The notes beneath the pieces were generated by a model that did not search any database, was not told the origin of the DNA, and was given only the letters and a program-made list of their open reading frames with translations. From contig JBGGNG010000152.1 in assembly GCA_041287635.1 (NCBI GenBank), forward strand, positions 11 through 64,010: 64,000 nucleotides of DNA. The letters are read 5' to 3'. The translations under genes and the position numbers were made by a program. Positions within the stretch are counted from its first letter, which is position 1. Each line of letters begins with the position of its first letter. Origin of the DNA: Actinomycetota bacterium. GTDB lineage: Bacteria; Actinomycetota; UBA4738; HRBIN12. Shown here piece by piece: positions 16,824-25,936 of the stretch.

Positions 16824-17954
16824 ATGGCACACCACACCAGCGACCATGCACGCTCGCCGCAGGCGCCCAACGCCGCGCGCGTGGAACCCTCCCACGTGCG
16901 GTCGGTCGACGAGGCCGTCGGCGAGGTCCGGGTCGAGGTCCGGACGAAGCGCAGGGCGATTGTCCTGCGTCTGGTGTTCCTGATCATCACGGTCATCGCG
17001 CTCTACATCCTGTGGCCCAGCCTGCTCACGGTCTTCGAGACGTGGCCGGAGCTCCTCGACCTGAACCCGGCCTGGTTCGTCGCGATGCTCGCGTTGGAAG
17101 CCCTGAGCTTCTTCTGCATCTGGGGGCTGCAACGCATCGCGCTCGTCACCGACCGCTGGTTCGGGGTGGCGACGGCGCAGCTCGCGGCGAACGCGTTCAG
17201 TCGGGTGGTGCCGGGCGGAGCCGCCGCCGGCGGAGCGCTGCAGTGGCGCATGCTCACCGACTCAGGCGTCGACGGCGCGCGTGTGGCGACCTCGCTCACG
17301 GCCGCGTCGTTGATCAGCACAGGCACACTGTTCATGTTGCCTCTGCTCACCGTGCCGGCGGCGTTGCTCGGCCGGCCCGTTCCGGGGGGGCTCGCCCAGG
17401 CCGCGTGGCTGGGGGGCGTCGTGTTCGTCGCGGCGTTCGTGTTCGGCTGGCGCTTGCTGTTCCACGATCGGCTATTGCGCCGCATCGGGCGCGGTGCGCA
17501 GTGGCTGCGGAACAGGTTCCAGCGAGGGAAGCCGCCAGTGACCGACCTGCCGGCTCGCCTCGTCGTGCAGCGAGACCAGATCCGCGACGCGCTCGGCGAC
17601 ACGTGGTGGAAGGCGTTGCTGTTCTCGCTCGGCAACTGGCTCTTCGACTACCTGGCGTTGCTGGCGGCGATCACGGCTGTCGGATCGCGGCCACGTCCGA
17701 CGCTCGTGCTGCTCGCGTACTCGGCGTCGATGGTGCTGGCGATGATCCCGATCACGCCGGGCGGCCTCGGATTCGTGGAGGCGGGCCTCACCGGACTGCT
17801 GACGCTCGCGGGCGTGCCGGCCGGTGACGCAGTGCTGGCGGTCCTCGCCTATCGGCTCGTGTCGTTCTGGTTGCCGTTGCCGGCGGGGGGTGTGGCGGCC
17901 TACCTGCACCGACGTCACTATCGAGGGCGGGAGGCAGTCGCGGGCCCCGGCTGA
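16824..17954 (+). CDS. UPF0104/YbhN-type membrane protein (lysylphosphatidylglycerol-synthase TM-domain family)
   Basis: 376 aa from MAHHTSD. Multiple TM helices and the C-terminal ITPGGLGFVEAGLTGLL motif. Confidence 0.7.
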   Translation: MAHHTSDHARSPQAPNAARVEPSHVRSVDEAVGEVRVEVRTKRRAIVLRLVFLIITVIALYILWPSLLTVFETWPELLDLNPAWFVAMLALEALSFFCIWGLQRIALVTDRWFGVATAQLAANAFSRVVPGGAAAGGALQWRMLTDSGVDGARVATSLTAASLISTGTLFMLPLLTVPAALLGRPVPGGLAQAAWLGGVVFVAAFVFGWRLLFHDRLLRRIGRGAQWLRNRFQRGKPPVTDLPARLVVQRDQIRDALGDTWWKALLFSLGNWLFDYLALLAAITAVGSRPRPTLVLLAYSASMVLAMIPITPGGLGFVEAGLTGLLTLAGVPAGDAVLAVLAYRLVSFWLPLPAGGVAAYLHRRHYRGREAVAGPG

Positions 17955-18014
17955 AGCGGTCACCGTCCGAGCGCGTCGGAACGGCAGCTCTGGCGTTGCT
18001 CCCAGCCACTAGGC

Positions 18015-18058
18015 AAGGAACTCCGTAGTGGCACCTGCGATCCACTACGGAGGTCCTT
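18015..18058. terminator. Hairpin between convergent genes
   Basis: 17-bp stem with one mismatch (AAGGAACTCCGTAGTGG / CCACTACGGAGGTCCTT) and a 10-nt loop, in a locally lower-GC spacer. Confidence 0.4.
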
Positions 18059-18153
18059 GACGAGACTCGCCGACGAAGGCACATCCTCGGCTACCCCGGC
18101 ACGAGCTCGAGCACCTCGCGCAGGTCGGCGATCGTGGCCGAACAGGTCGAAGA

Positions 18154-18711
18154 TCACCGCGGGCGGTCCCGCCACTCTTCCGCCAGCATCGAGTACACGA
18201 CGATGTCGTAGTAGCCGCCGAGCCCCCGGCCGCCGCCGCGCTCCACGCTCTCCTCGACGTAGCCGAGCCGCTCGGGGACAGCACGGCTGCGCACGTTCCC
18301 CATGCCCGCCCGGATCACGACCCTGTTGAGTCCGACGTGCTCGAAGGCGAGGCGGGTGAACTCCTGAGCGGAGCGCGTGATCAACCCTCGCCCCTCGAAC
18401 GGCGCCCGGGTCCAGTAGCCGATCTCACCCGCGATGCCGTACCCGTCCCACGTCAGCCCGACCCCGCCGGCGAGCTCGCCGTCGACGAAGATGCCGCAGC
18501 CTTCCAGCCCCGCGGACTCGCCGACGACCTTCTCGAGCCACGCCCGCTGCACATCGACCGAGGTCGTCCCCTCGACCCAGGGCATCCACTCCCCGAGGCG
18601 CTCGCGCTCGCCGGCAGCGACCGCCCAGATGGCATCGAGATCGTCCATCACGTACCGGCGCACGACGGCGCCCTCACCAAGGTCGATCGGCAGCGGATCG
18701 GCGGCGGTCAC
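18154..18711 (-). CDS. GNAT N-acetyltransferase (RimJ/RimL-like)
   Basis: 185 aa from a GTG that overlaps the fadD stop (GTGA). Contains GEIGYWTRAPFEGRGLITRSAQEFTRLAFEHVGLNRV. Confidence 0.8.
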   Translation of the reverse strand: MTAADPLPIDLGEGAVVRRYVMDDLDAIWAVAAGERERLGEWMPWVEGTTSVDVQRAWLEKVVGESAGLEGCGIFVDGELAGGVGLTWDGYGIAGEIGYWTRAPFEGRGLITRSAQEFTRLAFEHVGLNRVVIRAGMGNVRSRAVPERLGYVEESVERGGGRGLGGYYDIVVYSMLAEEWRDRPR

Positions 18712-20432
18712 GTCGAGCCGGCCGCTTCCCGCTTCTTCCTCTCCTCGTCCTGCAGCACGCGGCGCAGCACCTTGCCGATCAGCGTCTCGGGCAGCTCCTC
18801 GCGGAACTCGATCTCCTTCGGCACGCGGTAGCCGGTGAGACCCTGGTCGGGATCGCGGCACCACTGCGCGATCTCGTCGGCGGTCGCGGTCTCGCCCGGC
18901 TTCAGCACGATGAACGCCTTCACGCGCTCGCCCGTCGTGTCGTCGGGCACGCCCACGACCGCGCATTTCAGGATCTTCGGATGATGGAAGAGCACGGCCT
19001 CCACTTCGGTGGGGTACACGTTGAAACCCGACACCAGGATCATGTCCTTGATGCGATCGACAATCTTGAAGTAGCCCTGCTCGTCCATGATCGCGACGTC
19101 GCCGGTGTGCAGCCATCCGTTGCGGATCACCAAGCCGCTCTCGTCAGGGCGGTTCCAGTAGCCGAGCATCACCTGGGGGCCTTTGATGCACATCTCCCCT
19201 CGCTCACCCTGGGGCACCTCGCGATCGGGCTCGTCGAGGTCGACGAGCTTCACATCGGTGTCGGGCAAGGGCATGCCGATGAAGCCCTCTTTGCGCTCGC
19301 CGACCAAGGGGTTGGCGTGCGTGACCGGGGAACACTCGCTCAAGCCGTAGCCCTCGACGACCGTCGCACCGCCCGTGATCTCCTCGAACCGCTTCGCCAC
19401 CGCCATCGGCAGCGGGGCCGCGCCCGAGATGCACGCCTTCAGCGACGCGAGGTCGTGCTTGGGCGTGCGCGGGTCCTGGTTCAGGGCGATGTACATGCGC
19501 GGCACGCCGGGGAACAACGTCGGCTTCTCCTTCGAAATCGCCTTCAGCGCCATATCGATCTCGAAACGGGGCAGCAGGATCAGCTTCGCGGCCTTCGTCA
19601 TCGAGAAGTCCATCACGAGCGTGCCGAAGGAGTGGAAGAAGGGCAGCGCCGCCACGATGCCGTCCTCGCCCTGGCGCACGACGTTGAGCCAGGCCGACGC
19701 CTGCAGGGCGTTCGAGACGAGGTTCGAGTGTGACAGCATCGCCCCCTTCGACAGGCCCGTCGTACCGCCCGTGTAGACCAGGGCCGCCACCTCGGAGGCC
19801 GGGTCCTCGACGACCGCTTCGGGCGGCACCGGACCAGCCTGACCCATCACATCGGCCCACCACCGAACCCGGTGGTCGGTCGGGATGAACGGCAGCGGCG
19901 TGCCGAGCTTGCGAGCGTCCGACTTGAACTTCAGGGGCGCGAGCCACTTGATCGGCGGCTTCATGTAGTGGTTCAGCTTCACCGCGATCACTTCCTGGTC
20001 GCCGGCGTCGTCGCGGATCTGACCGAACCGGTGGTAGATCTGGTCGAGCACGATCATCACCTTCGCGCCCGAATCCTTGATCTGGTGTTCGAGCTCGCGC
20101 TCGGTGTACAAGGGGTTGTTGCCGACCGCCACCGCGCCGATCCGCTGGCACGCGAAGAACGCGATCACGTACTCCGGGCAGTTCGGCAGGATCATGCCCA
20201 CCCGGTCGCCACTGCGGACCCCGAGCCCGGCGAGCACCGCCGAGAACCGCTCGACCTCGGCGAGCAGCTTCGCGTAGGTCATATGGGCCCCGAAGAACGC
20301 GAGCGCCGGCTTGTCGGGGAATCCGGCAGCCGCGTTGCGCAGCAACGCATAGACGGACTCCCTCGGGAACGGCTCGAGCGAGTGCGGCACGTCGGGCGGG
20401 TACGCGTCGAACCACGGTCGGTGGCTGGTCAT
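18708..20432 (-). CDS. fadD: Long-chain fatty-acid--CoA ligase
   Basis: AMP-binding motif YTGGTTGLSKGA and C-terminal GYRVPKEIEFREELP. The start is uncertain, between 20432 and 20468. Confidence 0.9.
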   Translation of the reverse strand: MTSHRPWFDAYPPDVPHSLEPFPRESVYALLRNAAAGFPDKPALAFFGAHMTYAKLLAEVERFSAVLAGLGVRSGDRVGMILPNCPEYVIAFFACQRIGAVAVGNNPLYTERELEHQIKDSGAKVMIVLDQIYHRFGQIRDDAGDQEVIAVKLNHYMKPPIKWLAPLKFKSDARKLGTPLPFIPTDHRVRWWADVMGQAGPVPPEAVVEDPASEVAALVYTGGTTGLSKGAMLSHSNLVSNALQASAWLNVVRQGEDGIVAALPFFHSFGTLVMDFSMTKAAKLILLPRFEIDMALKAISKEKPTLFPGVPRMYIALNQDPRTPKHDLASLKACISGAAPLPMAVAKRFEEITGGATVVEGYGLSECSPVTHANPLVGERKEGFIGMPLPDTDVKLVDLDEPDREVPQGERGEMCIKGPQVMLGYWNRPDESGLVIRNGWLHTGDVAIMDEQGYFKIVDRIKDMILVSGFNVYPTEVEAVLFHHPKILKCAVVGVPDDTTGERVKAFIVLKPGETATADEIAQWCRDPDQGLTGYRVPKEIEFREELPETLIGKVLRRVLQDEERKKREAAGST

Positions 20433-20490
20433 GTCGCGCATCATCCCCGGGCGGCGCTGAGCTAGCAAGCCGCCGGGACGCCGGCCGACA

Positions 20491-21438
20491 TCAGCCGGCG
20501 CCGTAGAGCCGCGTCAAGTGGGCGCCCCGCTCCGCGAGCTCTTCGCGGACATCGTCGGGAGCGAGCACCTCGACCCAGGGCGCGAACGTGACGAGGTCCG
20601 AGGCCGCCGCGTGCGCCGACCAACTCCGGATGCGCACGTCGAGGCGGCCGTCGGGACGTTCCTCACCGAGGGTGACACGTCGGTCGAACGCGGCGCGCAA
20701 CCAGCGCAGCGCCTCGGGCTCGGCGGCCGCCTCGACCTCGAAGGTCGCCCGTTCCCGGTCGAGCCGAGCGACGGTGTCGTTCCAGGCGGCGGCGAGATCG
20801 AACCCCTCGGGGCGAACGACGGGTTCGTCGAGCATCTCGGCCGACGTGACCCGGCTGACCCGGAACGTGCGCATGCCCGCGTCGGTGCCGGCGAGCAGGT
20901 ACCACACCGATGCCTTCGACACGAGGCCGAACGGGTGCACGACCCGCACGCTGCCGGGACGGTCCGGACCCTGGTACCCCAGCCGTACCTGGCGAGCCTC
21001 CACGGCCGCGTGCTGCAGAACCTCCAGGTGCTCCGGCGGCTGGGCGGGGGTGCGATCCCAGCTCGTCGGATCGATCACGACCGCCGCTGCGGCGGCTTCC
21101 GCCTCGGCGCGGAACGGCTCGGGCAGGGCACGCACGAGCTTGCGCAATGCTGCCTTGATCTGCGGCGTCGCGGCCGCCGACGGCCCCGCGACGAGGAAGA
21201 GGGTGCGAGCCTCCGCCGCGGTGAGACCGCTGAGGTCGGTGCGGGCGCCGCCGACGAGCGACCAGCCACCACCACGTCCGGCCTGGGAGTACACCGGAAC
21301 GCCGGCCATGGCGAGCCCCTCGAGGTCGCGGCGGGCGGTGCGCTCGGAGACCTCAAGCTCGTCGGCGAGCTCCGCGGCGGTCACGCGCCCGCGCGCCTGC
21401 AGGATCAACAGGGCTGCCACGAGGCGGTCGGCTCGCAT
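20491..21438 (-). CDS. HTH + WYL-domain transcriptional regulator (YafY family)
   Basis: 315 aa. N-terminal HTH (RVTAAELADELEVSERTARRDLEGL) and a central WYL-like segment (SVWYLLAG). Confidence 0.8.
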   Translation of the reverse strand: MRADRLVAALLILQARGRVTAAELADELEVSERTARRDLEGLAMAGVPVYSQAGRGGGWSLVGGARTDLSGLTAAEARTLFLVAGPSAAATPQIKAALRKLVRALPEPFRAEAEAAAAAVVIDPTSWDRTPAQPPEHLEVLQHAAVEARQVRLGYQGPDRPGSVRVVHPFGLVSKASVWYLLAGTDAGMRTFRVSRVTSAEMLDEPVVRPEGFDLAAAWNDTVARLDRERATFEVEAAAEPEALRWLRAAFDRRVTLGEERPDGRLDVRIRSWSAHAAASDLVTFAPWVEVLAPDDVREELAERGAHLTRLYGAG

Positions 21439-21559
21439 GCGACGAACCTTCTCACGGAAACCAGTCAGAGGATGGCCAGTTCACGAGCGATGATGTTCAC
21501 GGTCCAGGGGGGTCTCACCGAACGACGCATCTCGAACCGCCAGTGAGGAGGGGTACGAC

Positions 21560-22561
21560 ATGGGCAACGCAGCGATCCACGTGGAAGGTCTCGTGAAGAC
21601 TTTCGGTACGGTGCGAGCGGTCGACGGCATCGACATGGTGGCCCGAGAGGGGACCGTCTTCGGTCTGCTCGGGCCGAACGGCGCCGGCAAGACGACCACG
21701 ATCCGGGTGCTCTCCACCCTGTTGAAGCCCGACGCCGGGCGGGCGACGGTCGGCGGCCACGACGTGGTCGAGCATCCCGCAGAGGTCCGCCGCATGATCG
21801 GACTGACCGGCCAGTACGCGGCGGTCGACGAACTGCTCTCGGGCAAGGACAACCTCGTCATGATCGGGCGACTCCTCGGCCTCAAGGCGTCGGAGGCCCG
21901 CAGCCGCGCGACGCAGCTGCTCGAGGACTTCGACCTCTCCGATGCCGCCGGGAAGTTCGTGAAGTCCTACTCGGGCGGCATGCGCCGCCGCCTCGATCTC
22001 GCGGCGAGTCTGGTGGGGCGTCCCGCGTTCCTCTACCTCGACGAGCCGACGACGGGGCTCGACCCGCGGAGCCGGCTCGACCTGTGGGGCATGATCCGGC
22101 GGCTCGTGGCCGACGGCACCACGGTGCTGCTCACGACGCAGTACCTCGAGGAGGCCGATCGTCTCGCCGACGAGATCGTCGTGATCGACCATGGCACCGT
22201 GATCGCGGCCGGCACGTCAGCCCAGCTCAAGAGCCGGGTCGGCGGGCACGTGCTGCACGCGCGGCCGGTCATGCCCGAGGACCTGCCGACGACCGAGAAG
22301 GCGCTGACCCCGTTGGTGAAGACGGGCGAGTCGGCGTTCAACGACGGTCAGGTCGTCATGCTTCCGATCGAAGACTCGTCGGCGCTCGGACAGGCGGTGC
22401 TCCGCCTCGAGGAGGCCGGCGTCGCGGTCGACGACCTCTCGCTGCGGCGGCCGAGCCTCGACGAGGCGTTCCTGGCGCTCACGGGGCACGTCGCCGAGGG
22501 CGAGGAAGACCCGCGCGACGTGACCGACGACGATCTCTCGAACCGCAGGAGGGCCTCATGA
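21560..22561 (+). CDS. ABC transporter ATP-binding protein (DrrA-like)
   Basis: Walker A GPNGAGKTT, signature YSGGMRRRL, Walker B LYLDEPT. Confidence 0.9.
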   Translation: MGNAAIHVEGLVKTFGTVRAVDGIDMVAREGTVFGLLGPNGAGKTTTIRVLSTLLKPDAGRATVGGHDVVEHPAEVRRMIGLTGQYAAVDELLSGKDNLVMIGRLLGLKASEARSRATQLLEDFDLSDAAGKFVKSYSGGMRRRLDLAASLVGRPAFLYLDEPTTGLDPRSRLDLWGMIRRLVADGTTVLLTTQYLEEADRLADEIVVIDHGTVIAAGTSAQLKSRVGGHVLHARPVMPEDLPTTEKALTPLVKTGESAFNDGQVVMLPIEDSSALGQAVLRLEEAGVAVDDLSLRRPSLDEAFLALTGHVAEGEEDPRDVTDDDLSNRRRAS

Positions 22562-23343
22562 GCACCGTCCCCGTCTCCCACGTCAACGGCAACGTGATCA
22601 CGAACACGCTCACGATCGCCCGACGCAACCTGCTGCACATCAAGGCCACGCCCGAGCAGCTCGTCGAGATGACGATCCAGCCGATCATGTTCCTCGTGCT
22701 GTTCGTCTACGTGTTCGGCGGGGCGATCGCCGGCTCGAGCAGCGAGTATCTGGAGTTCGCGCTGCCGGGCATCCTGATCCAAAGCGTGTGCTTCTTACCC
22801 TTCACGACCGCGCTCGCGCTCAACACCGACTTCTCGCGCGGGGTGATCGACCGCTTCCGGTCGCTGCCGATGGCGCGATCGGCGGTGATCGGCGGGCGCA
22901 TCATGGCCGACGGCGTGCGCATCGCGTGGAGCGCCGTGATCATCGTGGGGTTCTCGATGATCCTCGGGTTCCGCTTCGGCGGGTCGGCGGCGGAGGCTGT
23001 GGCTGCCCTGCTCGTGGTCATCGCGTTCGGCCTCGCGATGTGCTGGCCGCTGGCGTTCATCGGCATCACGGCGCGCAGTACCGAGTCGGTCAACACATGG
23101 GGCTTCATGATCATCCTGCCGCTCACGTTCGCGAGCTCGGCCTTCGTGCCGACCGAGAGCATGCCTGGATGGCTCCAGGCCTTCGCCGAGATCAACCCGG
23201 TCACCTACGCGATCAACGCCGCGAGGTCGCTGATGCTGGGCCTGCCGCTGGAGGGCTGGCTCACCGGCACGATCGTGTGGATCACGGTCCTGGTCGGGGT
23301 GTTCGCCCCACTGGCCATCGTGCGCTACCGCCGCCGCATCTGA
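22558..23343 (+). CDS. ABC-2 type transporter permease (DrrB-like)
   Basis: 261 aa with six hydrophobic segments. The start overlaps the ATPase stop (ATGA). Confidence 0.85.
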   Translation: MSTVPVSHVNGNVITNTLTIARRNLLHIKATPEQLVEMTIQPIMFLVLFVYVFGGAIAGSSSEYLEFALPGILIQSVCFLPFTTALALNTDFSRGVIDRFRSLPMARSAVIGGRIMADGVRIAWSAVIIVGFSMILGFRFGGSAAEAVAALLVVIAFGLAMCWPLAFIGITARSTESVNTWGFMIILPLTFASSAFVPTESMPGWLQAFAEINPVTYAINAARSLMLGLPLEGWLTGTIVWITVLVGVFAPLAIVRYRRRI

Positions 23344-23435
23344 ACGGCGGGCGTCCGAACAGCGTGTTTGCTTCGACCCCTCGGGGGTGCGAGCATCGAG
23401 CGTCACGTTCGCACCACGAGGGGGAGGACTTCGTC

Positions 23436-24014
23436 ATGAGGAAGAAGGCACTGTTCGGGCTGCTCGCGGTCCCGCTGGCCCTATTGCTGAGCGGTTGTTT
23501 CCTGCTCCAAGGATTTTGGATCAACTCCAACCAGATCAGCCCAGGCGGCAAGGGCACGAAGGCTACGTTCCAGATCCACCCGGCCCGCTCAGGGGGTGAC
23601 GACACCGCCCATCAGTTCTTCCTCGTCGGGGTCCAGAACGCCGACCTCAAAGTCACCAAGGGGACCTGGGGGACGAATGGCGTCTTCGGTGGTCCGTACC
23701 CGCTGACATCGGCCCCGGGGCTCGAAACCATCATCGGCGACCAGTGCCAGTCCAACGGTTTCAACCTTGCCGATGCGACTGGGTTGACCTGGAAGGGATT
23801 CCGGACGCCATCGGCCGTGAACGATCGCGACAAGACCAAGAAGGACGTGATCGTCGAGGTAGGACTCAAGGCACTCGCGTCCGCGAGCCCGGGAGACTAT
23901 GGGGTGGTCGGTGTGACCGGTGCATGGGTCGACGACGGTGACAACGTTCCCGAGGCATCCGATGGCTTCCTTTGCACAGGCGTGAGCCAGGTCTCGGTGA
24001 ACGTGTCGGCCTGA
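23436..24014 (+). CDS. Lipoprotein, function unknown
   Basis: 192 aa with signal plus lipobox (LALLLSGC). GGGGGAGGA RBS upstream. Confidence 0.65.
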   Translation: MRKKALFGLLAVPLALLLSGCFLLQGFWINSNQISPGGKGTKATFQIHPARSGGDDTAHQFFLVGVQNADLKVTKGTWGTNGVFGGPYPLTSAPGLETIIGDQCQSNGFNLADATGLTWKGFRTPSAVNDRDKTKKDVIVEVGLKALASASPGDYGVVGVTGAWVDDGDNVPEASDGFLCTGVSQVSVNVSA

Positions 24015-24151
24015 CCTTCCAGCCAACCATCTGAGGCCGCGGCGCTCGTCGCCGCGAACCTCGCACCACGGGCGCCGGCTCGCGCGGTTCGTACGATGCG
24101 TGGGCTGGCGTTCGTGCTGTGCGCCCGCCACCGTCCTCGTGAGGAATCACC

Positions 24152-25936
24152 ATGCAGGTAGCGACATCCACATCGACGCCCACCGTCGACCGGGCGATCT
24201 TCCGCCGCGGCGTGCGATTGGTCGTGTCCTACGTGCGCATGCACCCCAAGCCGTTCGCGGCCGCGGTCGCCGGCGCCGTCCTGTTCGCGTTCGCCTCACT
24301 CTGGCTCACGGAGGCGCTCGCGCGTGCCACCGACGAGGTGCTCACCCCCGCCTTCGAGGGAGACCTCGACACCTCGAAGGTCTGGGTCGCCGTCGGCGGC
24401 TTGATGCTCGGCGGCATCGGGCGCGCCCTCGGCATCATGGTGCGCCGCTATTACTCCGGCGTGGCCGGCGAGCGCGTGATGGCGACGCTGCGCACCAGGG
24501 TCGCCGAGCGCTACCGCGCGCTCTCGCTCCGCTACCACCGCGAGACACCCACCGGCGAGCTGCTCGCCCACATGGAGGCCGACGTGAAGGCGGCGGTCGA
24601 CGTCTTCTGGCCGGTGCCGTTCGCGATGGGGGTGATCGTGCTGACGGGGCTGGCCCTGATCGCGCTGCTGACCACCGACCCGGTGCTCGCGCTCGTCGGC
24701 CTGTTCGTGTTCCCGACGCTCGCGATCATGAACCAGATCTTCGCTCGTCGCATGGAGGAGCCGACCCGCCTGGCGCAGGAGCGCATCGGCGAGGTGAGCG
24801 CGGTCGCCCACGAATCGATCGACGGCGCCCTCGTCGTGAAGACGCTCGGCCGGGAGCGGGCCGAGACCCAGCGGCTGCTCGAGAAGGCCCGGGAGCTTCG
24901 TGACGAGCGTGTGCGCTCGGGATCGATCCGGGCGACGTTCGAAGCCGCGCTCGACGCCCTGCCGACCCTCGCGATCGCGCTGCTGCTCGCCGTCGGGTCA
25001 TGGCGTGTGTCGACGGGCGACATCACGCTCGGAGATCTGATCGGGTTCGTAGCGCTCTTCCAGTTGCTGGCGTGGCCGATGCGTTTCATCGGCTGGATCC
25101 TCGCCGAGCTCCCGCGTGCCGTCGTCGGGTACGACCGCATCGAGGAGGTCTTCCAGGAGCCGGTGACGGTCACCCCCGTACGGGAAGGCTCGCCGCTGCC
25201 CGAGGGTCCGCTAGGGATGCACGTGCACGACCTGCGGCTCGAGTACGAGCAGCAGTCCCCGGTGCTCGAGGGGGTGACGTTCGAGGTCGCACCCGGCGAG
25301 TCCGTCGCGATCGTCGGCCCGACCGGTGTCGGCAAGAGCACGCTCACCCAGCTGATGGTGCGGCTCGTCGACCCCGACCAGGGACACGTCGAGGTCGGCG
25401 GGGTGGACCTGCGCCACGTCGACGTGGCGCAGCTGCGCGGCGCGGTCGCGGTCGTGTTCCAGGAGAGCTTCCTGTTCGCGGAGAGCGTGCGGTCGAACAT
25501 CGCGCTGGACTCGGGGGCGAGCGATACCGAGGTCGAGCACGCGGCCGTGATCGCGGCGTGCGACCGGTTCATCCGAGCACTTCCCGACGGGTACGACACG
25601 GTCGTCGGCGAGCGCGGCCTCACCCTGTCGGGCGGCGAGCGACAGCGCGTGGCGCTCGCGAGGGCGTTGGTGCGCACGCCCCGGCTGCTGATCCTCGACG
25701 ATGCGACGAGCGCGGTCGATCCCTCGATCGAAGCCGAGATCCTCGGGGCGCTCCGTCGTGAGTTGTCGACGACGCTGGTCGTGGTGGCCTATCGCCTCTC
25801 CACGATCCGGCTCGCGGACCGCGTGATATTCCTGCGGAGCGGACGGGTCGAGGCGACCGGCTCCCACGACGAGCTGCTCGAGACGCAGCCCGGCTATGCG
25901 GCGATCATCCGGGCGTACGAACGAGGTGAACGATGA
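24152..25936 (+). CDS. ABC exporter, fused TMD-NBD (type I, MsbA/CydC-like)
   Basis: 594 aa. Walker A GPTGVGKST, signature LSGGERQRV. Confidence 0.9.
   Translation: MQVATSTSTPTVDRAIFRRGVRLVVSYVRMHPKPFAAAVAGAVLFAFASLWLTEALARATDEVLTPAFEGDLDTSKVWVAVGGLMLGGIGRALGIMVRRYYSGVAGERVMATLRTRVAERYRALSLRYHRETPTGELLAHMEADVKAAVDVFWPVPFAMGVIVLTGLALIALLTTDPVLALVGLFVFPTLAIMNQIFARRMEEPTRLAQERIGEVSAVAHESIDGALVVKTLGRERAETQRLLEKARELRDERVRSGSIRATFEAALDALPTLAIALLLAVGSWRVSTGDITLGDLIGFVALFQLLAWPMRFIGWILAELPRAVVGYDRIEEVFQEPVTVTPVREGSPLPEGPLGMHVHDLRLEYEQQSPVLEGVTFEVAPGESVAIVGPTGVGKSTLTQLMVRLVDPDQGHVEVGGVDLRHVDVAQLRGAVAVVFQESFLFAESVRSNIALDSGASDTEVEHAAVIAACDRFIRALPDGYDTVVGERGLTLSGGERQRVALARALVRTPRLLILDDATSAVDPSIEAEILGALRRELSTTLVVVAYRLSTIRLADRVIFLRSGRVEATGSHDELLETQPGYAAIIRAYERGER

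Noticed and set aside
18090-18175. A short minus-strand reading ...AVIFDLFG... followed, after a 1-nt frame shift, by TIADLREVLELVPG*. It resembles the N-terminus (DxDG-type motif region) of a HAD-family hydrolase.
   Set aside because: Only about 25 residues are available and the catalytic Asp motif is imperfect (FDLFG). It overlaps the 3-prime end of the GNAT gene. It cannot be distinguished from chance, so at best it is a tiny gene remnant.
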